Sequence record: KJ019095.1
Direction: 5' to 3' (one strand)
Length of the DNA stretch: 64,000 nucleotides
The position numbers were made by a program, and so were the translations under genes. Under the pieces are notes generated by a model. It did no database searches. It was given only the letters and a program-made list of their open reading frames with translations, and was not told the origin of the DNA. How positions within the stretch are numbered: the first letter of the stretch is position 1; each line of letters starts with the position of its first letter. Below, one piece after another: positions 46,626 to 55,465 of this stretch.

Positions 46626-47030
46626 ATGAATGAGGTAAGACTAGCAGCAATCAAATTAGATAGTGGTGAAGAAATTATATGCTATGTCGTAGACGTAGTA
46701 GATAGGGGTTTGAATAAGAACCTTATAATTAAAGATCCACTTAAAGTTGAATATGTAGAAAGTACTAGAAAGAAAGCATATAAATTTACTCCATGGTTTC
46801 TACTAACTACAAGTAGGGAACATGAAATAGACATGAATAAGATCTTTGCTATCACAGGTGTCTATGATGAAGAAGTTAAAAAAGAATACACTAAATCATT
46901 TCACTTACAAATTGGACCACATAGTTTCAACCATACCAGTGAAACTGGTTATGTTGGATCAGTGAATAGGTTTAGAAAGCTTTTAGAAAAGATCTATAAG
47001 GAGGTGCCAAGTTCTCCTGATGAATGCTAA
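46626..47030 (+). CDS. Conserved hypothetical protein, Sm-like small beta-barrel family
   Basis: IKLDSGEEIICYV...IIKDP...FTPW pattern, in the usual uvsW-gp55 position. Confidence 0.65.
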   Translation: MNEVRLAAIKLDSGEEIICYVVDVVDRGLNKNLIIKDPLKVEYVESTRKKAYKFTPWFLLTTSREHEIDMNKIFAITGVYDEEVKKEYTKSFHLQIGPHSFNHTSETGYVGSVNRFRKLLEKIYKEVPSSPDEC

Positions 47031-47057
47031 GCGACCCCTTTTCAACTCCACAAGAGT

Positions 47058-47086
47058 ATTATAACGACCACCGGTCCAAATGGCAA
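47058..47086 (-). promoter_or_regulatory. Antisense sigma70-type promoter TTGCCA-17bp-TATAAT
   Basis: On the minus strand, -35 = +strand TGGCAA 47081-47086, -10 = +strand ATTATA 47058-47063, with a 17-nt spacer. Confidence 0.55.
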
Positions 47087-47109
47087 GTATGAACCCCAAG
47101 GTATTCGTG

Positions 47110-47118
47110 TGTTATAAT
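47110..47118 (+). promoter_or_regulatory. Extended -10 sigma70 promoter for gp55
   Basis: TG-T-TATAAT about 30 nt upstream of the ATG. Confidence 0.65.
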
Positions 47119-47148
47119 ATAAACATACTCAGATCCTAAGGAAATGAC

Positions 47149-47625
47149 ATGGCAAAGGCTAAATCAGAACACTACGTAAACAATAAAGAGTTGCTAGCAG
47201 CACTCATCGATTATCGTGATAGGTTGGATATCGCAAGAAGAAGAGATTTACCTAAACCACGTATCAGTAACTACGTAGGAGAGTGTTTCCTTAAGATTGC
47301 CACTCACCTTTCATACAAACCCAACTTCGTTAACTACATGTTCCGTGAGGACATGATCTCGGATGGTATCGAGAACTGCGTACAATACATTCACAACTTT
47401 GACCCTAATAAGTCCAGAAACCCCTTTGCCTACTTCACTCAGATCATCCACTATGCTTTTCTGCGTAGGATCCAAAGAGAGAAGAGACAACTAGACATCA
47501 AGAACAAGATTGTCGAGAAGACTGGTTTTGAGTCTCTGATGACAAGTGACACTAACTTGACAAACGAGTATAGGAACGATTATAATGCCATCAGGGAAAA
47601 CATTATTAACAAACTGAACTCATGA
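47149..47625 (+). CDS. gp55: Late-transcription sigma factor gp55
   Basis: HYVNNKELL, YVGECFLKIATHLSYKPNFVNYMFREDMISDGIENC and NPFAYFTQIIHYAFLRRIQREK. Confidence 0.96.
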   Translation: MAKAKSEHYVNNKELLAALIDYRDRLDIARRRDLPKPRISNYVGECFLKIATHLSYKPNFVNYMFREDMISDGIENCVQYIHNFDPNKSRNPFAYFTQIIHYAFLRRIQREKRQLDIKNKIVEKTGFESLMTSDTNLTNEYRNDYNAIRENIINKLNS

Positions 47626-47786
47626 ATCAGTACCCCACATCTTCTGATAATAGAAGGAATGATGCACATCAAGAAGGCAGAACAACTTATATTAGTGAAT
47701 CTGAATGCAAGGAATGTGGGTGTGTAGTCAAACTCGTATGGTCCAATCGGTGTCATTTCTGCACCATCAATAAATCAAACTCATAA
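47622..47786 (+). CDS. Small putative zinc-ribbon protein (54 aa), not in the ORF track
   Basis: MNQYPTSSDNRRNDAHQEGRTTYISESECKECGCVVKLVWSNRCHFCTINKSNS*. ATGA overlap with the gp55 stop and two CxxC pairs. Confidence 0.55.
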   Translation: MNQYPTSSDNRRNDAHQEGRTTYISESECKECGCVVKLVWSNRCHFCTINKSNS

Positions 47787-47801
47787 AGGGAACAAACTAG
47801 A

Positions 47802-48095
47802 ATGACATGGATGAGACCAAAACAAGAGTATAGATTCGGTCTGAGTGAGAAAACTGTGGTGAAGACATTAGCAGTTGTTGGTGTTTCATCAACAGTCGCA
47901 ACCACCATCACTGGACTTCACTTCGTTCTTGATGGGTTCAAACCACGAAGTGGACTTGATCAAATTATTGGTTTAGTTCTTTGTTTCGGAGTGTTCTGGC
48001 TTGCAGCTAAGGCGTTTTATCCGGCTATGGATATAACGGCAAAAGTTCTCACAAAGGGTGATAAAGAAAACATTCACAAAGGTAATCGACTCTAA
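47802..48095 (+). CDS. Hypothetical membrane protein with two TM segments (97 aa)
   Basis: Hydrophobic TLAVVGVSSTVATTITGLHFVL and IIGLVLCFGVFWLAA. TAATG coupling to gp47. Confidence 0.6.
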   Translation: MTWMRPKQEYRFGLSEKTVVKTLAVVGVSSTVATTITGLHFVLDGFKPRSGLDQIIGLVLCFGVFWLAAKAFYPAMDITAKVLTKGDKENIHKGNRL

Positions 48096-49144
48096 TGGCA
48101 TTGATCGCAGTTATAACTGACACTCACTATGGGGCGAGAAAGGGTGCTCAGTATCTTCATGATCACTTTGAGAAGTTCTACTCTGAGGTATTCTTCCCCA
48201 CACTAAAGGAGAGAGGTGTTAAAACCATTCTCCACATGGGTGACGCCTTTGATAGTAGGAAGTCTATTGGGTTTGAGGTACTCAACTGGGCAAAGAGAGT
48301 TGTATTCGATCCTATGGCAGAATACGATGTACATATGATCGTGGGAAATCATGATTGTTATTACAAATCTACCAACAGAACTAACTCTCCAGACCTACTA
48401 CTCAAAGACTACGACAATATCACCACCTATCATAGACCTACAGAGGTAACTCTAGAGGGTATGGATACACTCCTACTCCCTTGGATTTGTGATGACAACA
48501 GGGAAGAGTCCCTGAAGATGATCAAGTCTTCCAAGTCTAAGTTTGCTGCTGGTCACTTAGAACTAGATGGGTTTGAGGCATATAGGGGACATACTTACAG
48601 AGATGGTAAGTTGGACAATGGGGTATTCAATAACTTCGATAAAGTATTCTCTGGACACTTCCATACTCGTTCAGACAACGGAAAGATTTTCTATGTGGGT
48701 AACCCTTATGAGATGTTCTGGAACGATGTAAATGATCCCAGAGGGTTTGTTCTACTGGATACTGAAACTCTAGAGGTTGAGTATATCAACAACCCACATA
48801 CCCTTTTCTCCGTTATCTACTATGAAGATACCAACTATAAACTCTTCAATGCCAAAGAGTATGAAGGTAAGATTGTAAAGGTTATTGTCAGAAAGAATAC
48901 TGACAGGAAACTCTTTGATAAGTTTCTAGACAAACTTATGAAGACCAATATCCTAGACATGAAGATCGTAGAGAACTTCAATATTCAGGAGGGGGAGGAC
49001 TTCCAGGTAGAAGATATCGAAGAGAACACCCTATCAATTCTCAACCGATATGTAGATGAAGCAGACTATGAAGATAGTTCTATTCAGAAAGATGATATTA
49101 AGAATCTTATCTCTCAAATCTACCGAGAGGCATGTGAAGTATGA
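48095..49144 (+). CDS. gp47: Recombination nuclease gp47 (Mre11/SbcD-like)
   Basis: ITDTHYGAR, HMGDAFD, IVGNHD, GHLE and FSGHFH phosphoesterase motifs. Confidence 0.96.
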   Translation: MALIAVITDTHYGARKGAQYLHDHFEKFYSEVFFPTLKERGVKTILHMGDAFDSRKSIGFEVLNWAKRVVFDPMAEYDVHMIVGNHDCYYKSTNRTNSPDLLLKDYDNITTYHRPTEVTLEGMDTLLLPWICDDNREESLKMIKSSKSKFAAGHLELDGFEAYRGHTYRDGKLDNGVFNNFDKVFSGHFHTRSDNGKIFYVGNPYEMFWNDVNDPRGFVLLDTETLEVEYINNPHTLFSVIYYEDTNYKLFNAKEYEGKIVKVIVRKNTDRKLFDKFLDKLMKTNILDMKIVENFNIQEGEDFQVEDIEENTLSILNRYVDEADYEDSSIQKDDIKNLISQIYREACEV

Positions 49145-49434
49145 GAGACGCATGTTATATCATTACTGCATCAGAAGCAAAGGGTATGGATGTATACACC
49201 ATCAAATCTGAGGGTGTGAAGAATGTTCTAATCTTTGAGAAAGGTGAAGACGCTGAGAGGTATGTTATAATGTTGAATGAAGATGAAGGATACATTGTGG
49301 GTGAAACACTAGAACTGGAAGTTTTTGAGGTTCCACTATCTGCCGTGGTAGAATCCCTGAACGAGAAAGGCTATAGTTACATCTATGTTAAACCCGATGA
49401 CCTGTTTATTCCACCTGATGCCAAGAAAGTTTAA
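49141..49434 (+). CDS. Hypothetical protein, DUF3110-like
   Basis: VLIFEKGEDAERYVIML...PDDLFIPP, between gp47 and gp46 as in cyanomyoviruses. Confidence 0.55.
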   Translation: MRDACYIITASEAKGMDVYTIKSEGVKNVLIFEKGEDAERYVIMLNEDEGYIVGETLELEVFEVPLSAVVESLNEKGYSYIYVKPDDLFIPPDAKKV

Positions 49435-49436
49435 TT

Positions 49437-51164
49437 ATGTTGTTGTTTAAGAAACTAAGATGGCAGAACTTCCTATCCACTGGAGACAAGGGTATTGAAG
49501 TTGATTTCCTAATGAACAATACCAATCTTATCATTGGTAGTAATGGTGCTGGTAAGAGTACCCTTTTGGATGCTCTTACCTTTGTTCTATTCAATAAGCC
49601 ATTCAGGAAGATCACCAAACCTCAACTAGTTAATAGTATCACTGAGAAGAGGTGTGTAGTTGAGATTGAGTTTGAAACAAACAATAAGAGTTACTTGGTT
49701 CGCCGTGGAATCAAACCTAATGTATTTGATATCGTAGTAGATGGGAAACTATTAGACAAGCGTGGTGATGACAGGGATAACCAGAAACTATTAGAAGAGA
49801 ATATTCTTAAGGTTAATTATAAATCATTCACTCAGGTGATTATCCTTGGGGCATCTACCTTCGTCCCCTTTATGCAACTCACTGCCTCCAATCGTAGAGA
49901 TGTGATTGAGGATCTACTAGACATCCGTGTATTTAGTCAGATGTCAGGTATCGTCAAGGATCGTATCAGGCAACTCCGTGAAGATATCAAGATTCTAGAT
50001 CTCAAGAGGGGATCTCTTAGAGATAAGTCTGAGATGCAGAAGAACTTTATCAATGAGATTACTAAGAAGGGTGAGAGTAATATTGAATCCAAAGGAGAGA
50101 AGATCAAGACTCTATTGTTTGAGAAGCAAACTCTAGAAACCGAGAATATCACAACTCTAACTAAACTGAAAGAACTTCAGGATGAGTTGGAGGGACTAGA
50201 GGATGCTTCTGATAAACTACGTAAGTTGGGTAGTCTAAGGGGTAAGATTTCCCAGAAGATTACTACACTCACTAAGGAACACAAGTTCTTCAAAGACAAT
50301 GCTTCCTGTCCTACCTGTACTCAGGATATTGATGAAGAGTTTCGTAGTGTCAGACTAAGTGAGTTGGGTGACAAAGCAAAGGAGATGAACAAAGGGTTTA
50401 AAGAACTAGAAGATACTATTGAACGAGAAGAGAACCGAGAGAATGAGTTTAAGAGTATCTCCAAACAGATTCTAGAACTCAACACCCAGGTAAGTACCAA
50501 TAATACAAAGAACACCAGTATCAGTATGAATATTGGTGATCTCGAAAGTGAGATTGGATCTATCAGGCACTCCATTGATAACCAAACAGAGGAGAAAGAG
50601 AAACTAGATCGTTTCCAAGATGACCTGAGTCGAGTATTTGATACTCTCTCCACCAGAAACTCTGAGATGGATAACAATAAGTTTATCTATGAGTTACTAA
50701 AAGATGGTGGAGTGAAGACTAATATCATCCGCAAGTATATTCCCTTCATCAACAAACAGGTGAATAGGTATCTCCAGATGATGGAGTTCTATATTAACTT
50801 CGAGTTAGATGAAGAGTTTAATGAGACTGTAGTATCACCTATTCATGAGAACTTCTCATACTCTTCCTTCTCTGAGGGTGAGAAGATGAGAATTGACTTG
50901 GCACTTCTATTCACCTGGAGAGAAGTTGCTAGGGTTAGAAACTCTGTGAATACAAACCTCCTAATTATGGATGAGGTGTTTGATAGTTCTCTAGATGGTT
51001 TTGGAACAGAAGAGTTCCTCAAAATCATCAGATATGTTGTACAAGATGCTAATGTATTCATTATTAGTCACAAACAAGAACTCCACGAACGTTTCGATAG
51101 TGTTCTACGATTTGAAAAGGATAGAGGGTTCTCCAAACTAACTCTAAATAAAACAAACGATTAA
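49437..51164 (+). CDS. gp46: Recombination ATPase gp46 (Rad50/SbcC-like)
   Basis: Walker A GSNGAGKST, hook CPTC, signature FSEGEKMRIDL, Walker B LIMDEVFDSSLD and IISH. Confidence 0.96.
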   Translation: MLLFKKLRWQNFLSTGDKGIEVDFLMNNTNLIIGSNGAGKSTLLDALTFVLFNKPFRKITKPQLVNSITEKRCVVEIEFETNNKSYLVRRGIKPNVFDIVVDGKLLDKRGDDRDNQKLLEENILKVNYKSFTQVIILGASTFVPFMQLTASNRRDVIEDLLDIRVFSQMSGIVKDRIRQLREDIKILDLKRGSLRDKSEMQKNFINEITKKGESNIESKGEKIKTLLFEKQTLETENITTLTKLKELQDELEGLEDASDKLRKLGSLRGKISQKITTLTKEHKFFKDNASCPTCTQDIDEEFRSVRLSELGDKAKEMNKGFKELEDTIEREENRENEFKSISKQILELNTQVSTNNTKNTSISMNIGDLESEIGSIRHSIDNQTEEKEKLDRFQDDLSRVFDTLSTRNSEMDNNKFIYELLKDGGVKTNIIRKYIPFINKQVNRYLQMMEFYINFELDEEFNETVVSPIHENFSYSSFSEGEKMRIDLALLFTWREVARVRNSVNTNLLIMDEVFDSSLDGFGTEEFLKIIRYVVQDANVFIISHKQELHERFDSVLRFEKDRGFSKLTLNKTND

Positions 51165-51169
51165 ATCTT

Positions 51170-51298
51170 ATGAAAAGGTTCTTGTTATTTGGTGCTATAT
51201 TTGCACTAGTTGGGGCTGGACTATCACATGGTCAGTTCCACCTCTACAACTCTTCTGTTCCACATGTTCATGAAAATGGAGTAATTCATTCACACTAA
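51170..51298 (+). CDS. Small secreted/membrane-anchored His-rich peptide (42 aa), not in the ORF track
   Basis: MKRFLLFGAIFALVGAGLSHGQFHLYNSSVPHVHENGVIHSH*. It fills the gp46-oxygenase gap. Confidence 0.6.
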   Translation: MKRFLLFGAIFALVGAGLSHGQFHLYNSSVPHVHENGVIHSH

Positions 51299-51302
51299 TA
51301 TT

Positions 51303-52025
51303 ATGCAAGGTCTAGATCTAGTTATTGAATACCCAAACGTATTTCCCGATGATCTATGTGATGAGATGATCGAGAGGTTTGAGGAGGATGATAGGAAAAG
51401 TAAGGGACATAACGGCTCCTTTGGACCTGAATTTACAACAGATAAGGTATCAATAGACCTATACTATACAGGACTACCCGAATGGGTTGATATTGATACT
51501 AAATCATTTGAGTTAATAACACCCTATGTTGCGGAATATGTGAATTTATTGAGTGATAACTTCCACATGAAGGAAACTGCTTTTATAAATGACCAGGGAT
51601 ATCAGATACAGAGAACTGATCCTGGTGGTTTCTTTAGTTGGCACTGTGACCATACTTCATATCCAATACTAGACCAACGCCTTATCAATACGCAGGGTGG
51701 TGATTCATATTGTATTCGTGATAGGATAGCTACCTATATCATATACCTAAATGACAGAACTGGACTATCTGATGGAGTTACAGAGTTTGGGTTTGGTGAT
51801 AACTTGAAGACAGTCACTGCAGAAAAAGGAAAACTCATCATGTTTCCTGCTAACATTTTATATCCACATAGGGGAACTACCCTGGAAAATGGAGTAAAAT
51901 ACTTAATGACAGGTTGGGTAGTCCGTGACGCAGTGATGAGATCTGAAATTTCACCACAAGATTATGAAGAAAGGTTTGAGAGATACGAGAGGATGCCCTA
52001 CCTCACTCCAGTGGACAATCGATAA
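51303..52025 (+). CDS. 2OG-Fe(II) oxygenase (prolyl-4-hydroxylase-like)
   Basis: FSWHCD (HxD), IIYLND, GVTEF, GKLIMFP, PHRG (distal His) and KYLMTGW. Confidence 0.85.
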   Translation: MQGLDLVIEYPNVFPDDLCDEMIERFEEDDRKSKGHNGSFGPEFTTDKVSIDLYYTGLPEWVDIDTKSFELITPYVAEYVNLLSDNFHMKETAFINDQGYQIQRTDPGGFFSWHCDHTSYPILDQRLINTQGGDSYCIRDRIATYIIYLNDRTGLSDGVTEFGFGDNLKTVTAEKGKLIMFPANILYPHRGTTLENGVKYLMTGWVVRDAVMRSEISPQDYEERFERYERMPYLTPVDNR

Positions 52026-52034
52026 ACTGTCCAC
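52011..52034. promoter_or_regulatory. Palindromic operator-like site GTGGACA-N10-TGTCCAC
   Basis: Perfect 7-bp inverted repeat upstream of the TG-C-CATAAT extended -10 (52061-52069). A related site lies at 54240-54261. Confidence 0.5.
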
Positions 52035-52057
52035 CCCCACCAGTCATGGGGGTTTTT
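52033..52057 (+). terminator. Terminator-like hairpin after the oxygenase, overlapping the next promoter
   Basis: ACCCCCA-ccagtca-TGGGGGT followed by TTTT. Confidence 0.6.
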
Positions 52058-52093
52058 CTATGCCATAATAGGTTCATACCAAGGGAAACACCT

Positions 52094-54238
52094 ATGATCA
52101 ACCTAGAAGTCAAAGGACAACTAGCGAAGCTCCTAGCAACTGAGGATCTTATTGTGGAACACCGCAATGTAGATACCGCTATGTTCAATGTAGATACTCG
52201 TGTCCTGACTCTTCCTAGGTGGGAAAAGGCAAGTAATACTGTATTTGATCTTCTAATCTCACATGAGGTTGGCCACGCTCTCTTCACTCCCAATGAAGAC
52301 TGGACTAGTAAGGTATCTTGTCCAAAGATGTTTGTGAATGTAACTGAAGATGCTCGTATTGAGTCTCTGATGAAGCGTAGGTTTGGTGGACTACCCAAGA
52401 CTTTCTATAACGGATATAAAGAGTTATACAATGAAGACTTCTTTGGTATTGGTGATGAAGATCCATCTGGTATGCAGATCGCAGATAGGGTAAACCTACA
52501 CTTCAAAGTTGGCAACTTTATCAAGATCCCCTTCACTAAAGAGGAACAGGTTGTTGTTGATCAGATTGCTAGTGCAAAGACTTTCAAAGACGCATTAGAA
52601 TCCGCTGAAGCGTTATACGCCCTTCATAAAATAGAGAAAGAAGAGAAGGAGAAAGAGGTGGTGGCACCAATATCAGGTGATGATGGTGGCGGTGAATCTG
52701 ATCAAGAAGATACAGATGGTGAGGAAGAAACAATCCAAACAGAAACTGATAGTGGGGTTGAGGGTGGAGATAATACTGATGATGAACCAGGAGATTCTGA
52801 ATCTAATACAGAAGACACAGTAGATAGTTCTGGTGGTGGAGATCAGAGTGATATAGATGATGACATAGTGAAGACTATGGAGAATGTGGAGGATAAACTA
52901 AAAGATCTAACCAACCCAAACCTCAGTGGTGAACCAATATATCTTACCCACCCTAAGATTGATTTGGATAAAGTTGTTATTTCCAATGAAACAGTTCACG
53001 AACGCATTGCCAGACACTGGAATATTCGTTTGTCACTACTCAAAACTGAGGATGAATCGAAACTAAAGGAAGTTGAATACTTTATCCATAGGGATTATGG
53101 TAGACATGAAGAAAGTTTCAGGAAGTTTAGGAAAGATATTCAACCTGAAGTTAACTATATGGTGAAAGAGTTTGAGTGTAAGAAGTCCGCAGATGCATAC
53201 TCACGGGCAACAGTTTCTAAGACTGGTGTTCTGGATTGCACCAAACTACATACTTACAGATACAATGAAGATCTGTTCAGGAAAGTAACAACTCTCCCTG
53301 AAGGTAAGAACCATGGTTTGATCTTTGTTCTTGACTGGAGTGGTTCCATGTGTGAGGTTCTTTCCAACACTGTGAAGCAACTCCTATCACTGGTTATGTT
53401 CTGTGATAAAGTTGGTATTCCTTTTGATGTGTATACCTTCACCAATGACTACAACAAATATGATCCATATGCTCCCAGAGAACTTGGGGAGGTGAATACC
53501 TTTGATCTAGGTGGCAATTTCAATATGGTGAATATTCTAACTAGTAAGGTTAATCGTAAGACTCTAACCAAACAGATGGAGAGAATCTATATGATTGCCG
53601 AAATGTTTACCTATGGTAACTATGGATGTGTTCCTGATTGTATGTGCCTCTCAGGAACTCCCCTGAATGAAGCTATCCTTACTCTTCACTCAATTCTCCC
53701 TAAGTTCCAGAGTGAAAACAATGTTCAGAAAACACATACTATCATCCTTACTGATGGTGAAGCGGGTGGTTCTAGATGTGTAAAGGAAAATAACCAGGAA
53801 GGTGGACGTGGTAAGTATGTTAGTCGTTTTGTTGGTAACCATACTTACCTCCGTAATAGGAAAACAGGTGTAACTCGTAAGATTGAAACCTTTGGTGTTA
53901 CTAAAGACCTATTAGAAGATCTCCGTGAAACCTTCCCCCACAGCACTTTCACCGGGTTTCGTATTCTAGAAATTGGTGGTAGTTGGTTTGTTCGTCAGGC
54001 TGTTGGTTATGATCAACAGAAACTAACAGAATGGAAAAAGAACAAATCAATTTGTTTAGAAAACCAAGGTTATAATAAATACTTTGTTATACAATCAAAC
54101 AAACTCAAGTATGATACTGAGTTTGATGTTGATGAAGGAGCTACAAAGGCGAAGATCAAATCCTCATTCGCCAAGTCCCTTAAAGGGAAGAAGAACAACA
54201 AACGTATCCTAGGTGATTTTATTGGAATGATCGCCTGA
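52094..54238 (+). CDS. HExxH metallopeptidase-like N-domain plus vWA domain protein (CobT-like partner); likely start ATG 52094
   Basis: LISHEVGHALFT, vWA MIDAS FVLDWSGSM, SGTPLNEA and IILTDGE. The ORF-track start 52046 overlaps the promoter. Confidence 0.8.
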   Translation: MINLEVKGQLAKLLATEDLIVEHRNVDTAMFNVDTRVLTLPRWEKASNTVFDLLISHEVGHALFTPNEDWTSKVSCPKMFVNVTEDARIESLMKRRFGGLPKTFYNGYKELYNEDFFGIGDEDPSGMQIADRVNLHFKVGNFIKIPFTKEEQVVVDQIASAKTFKDALESAEALYALHKIEKEEKEKEVVAPISGDDGGGESDQEDTDGEEETIQTETDSGVEGGDNTDDEPGDSESNTEDTVDSSGGGDQSDIDDDIVKTMENVEDKLKDLTNPNLSGEPIYLTHPKIDLDKVVISNETVHERIARHWNIRLSLLKTEDESKLKEVEYFIHRDYGRHEESFRKFRKDIQPEVNYMVKEFECKKSADAYSRATVSKTGVLDCTKLHTYRYNEDLFRKVTTLPEGKNHGLIFVLDWSGSMCEVLSNTVKQLLSLVMFCDKVGIPFDVYTFTNDYNKYDPYAPRELGEVNTFDLGGNFNMVNILTSKVNRKTLTKQMERIYMIAEMFTYGNYGCVPDCMCLSGTPLNEAILTLHSILPKFQSENNVQKTHTIILTDGEAGGSRCVKENNQEGGRGKYVSRFVGNHTYLRNRKTGVTRKIETFGVTKDLLEDLRETFPHSTFTGFRILEIGGSWFVRQAVGYDQQKLTEWKKNKSICLENQGYNKYFVIQSNKLKYDTEFDVDEGATKAKIKSSFAKSLKGKKNNKRILGDFIGMIA

Positions 54239-54239
54239 T

Positions 54240-54261
54240 GTGACACTCCACAAACTGGCAC
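54240..54261. promoter_or_regulatory. Operator-like imperfect palindrome GTGACA-N10-TGGCAC
   Basis: Same 10-nt spacer ending AAAC as the 52011 site. Confidence 0.45.
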
Positions 54262-54270
54262 AATGGGGGG

Positions 54271-54298
54271 TTGCAGGAATCCCCTTCCCGTGTATAAT
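54271..54298 (+). promoter_or_regulatory. sigma70-type promoter TTGCAG-16bp-TATAAT
   Basis: Near-consensus -35 and -10 upstream of the AAA+ ATPase. Confidence 0.65.
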
Positions 54299-54331
54299 AG
54301 TTGTATACCAAACAAGGAAACCACAAACTCA

Positions 54332-55465
54332 ATGGCCCGACTCGCTATGACAACTGATCAAATTGTTGAGAAACTGAAAGAGACCTATGGTGAGAACGTA
54401 ACTACAGCTGAACTCAAAGCCTTCTGTGCTATGAATGATTGTGGTTACCCTACAGTCACTCGTCGATTGGAAGAATATAAGTCTGGTCGTGGTCGTTGGA
54501 ATCTAACCCTAAACGAGAAGTTGGAACAAACCTATCAAGGACCATCCGGTGTCCCTGCTGTTATGGATATTTCAGAAACAAACCTTGTTCCAGACAAAGA
54601 TAGTAACTTTGTTTCATTCGGTAACTTCACTGATTTGAAACAAGTCATCAAGTCTGGTATCTTCTATCCTACCTTTATCACTGGTTTATCTGGTAACGGA
54701 AAAACCTTTGGTGTAGAACAAGCTTGTGCTCAACTTGGTAGGGAACTGATTCGAGTAAATATTACAATTGAAACCGATGAAGACGATCTTATTGGTGGTT
54801 TCCGTCTCATTGATGGTGCTACTGTTTGGCATAATGGTCCAGTCATCGAGGCTCTGGAACGGGGAGCTGTTCTTCTTCTAGATGAGATTGATCTGGCTTC
54901 TAACAAGATTCTTTGTCTTCAATCTATCCTAGAAGGTAAGGGAGTATTCCTCAAGAAGATTGGTAAGTTTGTGAGACCTACCAATGGGTTCAACGTGATT
55001 GCAACCGCAAACACAAAAGGTAAGGGTTCTGACGATGGTAGGTTTATTGGAACTAATGTTCTGAATGAAGCATTCCTAGAACGTTTCCCTGTAACCTTTG
55101 AGCAGGAATATCCAGTAGCATCAGTAGAAACTAAACTCCTGAAGAAGTATGCTTCTTCATTGGGTATCGTAGATGATAAGTTTTGTAAGTATCTGGCAGA
55201 CTGGGGTGATATCATCCGTAAAACATTCTATGATGGTGGTGTAGATGAGGTTATCTCCACACGACGTTTGGTTCACATCCTTCGAGCATACAGTATCTTT
55301 GATGACAAATCAAAGGCAGTTGCTATCTGTCTAAACAGGTTTGATGATGAAACCAAACAAGCCTTTATGGATCTTTACGACAAGATTGACAACGAAGTCA
55401 CCTTTCAATTTGGTGAAGGTACAGATAACGTTCAGTACTCTGAAACACCAGATACAAACTTCTAA
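54332..55465 (+). CDS. MoxR-family AAA+ ATPase (CobS-like); likely start ATG 54332
   Basis: Walker A GLSGNGKT, Walker B LLLDEID, IATANTKG and EAFLERF. Confidence 0.88.
   Translation: MARLAMTTDQIVEKLKETYGENVTTAELKAFCAMNDCGYPTVTRRLEEYKSGRGRWNLTLNEKLEQTYQGPSGVPAVMDISETNLVPDKDSNFVSFGNFTDLKQVIKSGIFYPTFITGLSGNGKTFGVEQACAQLGRELIRVNITIETDEDDLIGGFRLIDGATVWHNGPVIEALERGAVLLLDEIDLASNKILCLQSILEGKGVFLKKIGKFVRPTNGFNVIATANTKGKGSDDGRFIGTNVLNEAFLERFPVTFEQEYPVASVETKLLKKYASSLGIVDDKFCKYLADWGDIIRKTFYDGGVDEVISTRRLVHILRAYSIFDDKSKAVAICLNRFDDETKQAFMDLYDKIDNEVTFQFGEGTDNVQYSETPDTNF

Noticed and set aside
32744-51164. Inteins or homing endonucleases in the usual hosts (gp17, gp20, gp23, UvsW, gp46, gp47)
   Set aside because: Protein lengths are ordinary, and I saw no C/S...HN splice motifs or LAGLIDADG, GIY-YIG or HNH ORFs.
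52046-52093. ORF-track N-terminal extensions of the vWA protein (52046) and the ATPase (54263)
   Set aside because: They overlap promoter or terminator elements. ATGs at 52094 and 54332 follow purine-rich RBS-like sequences and fit better.
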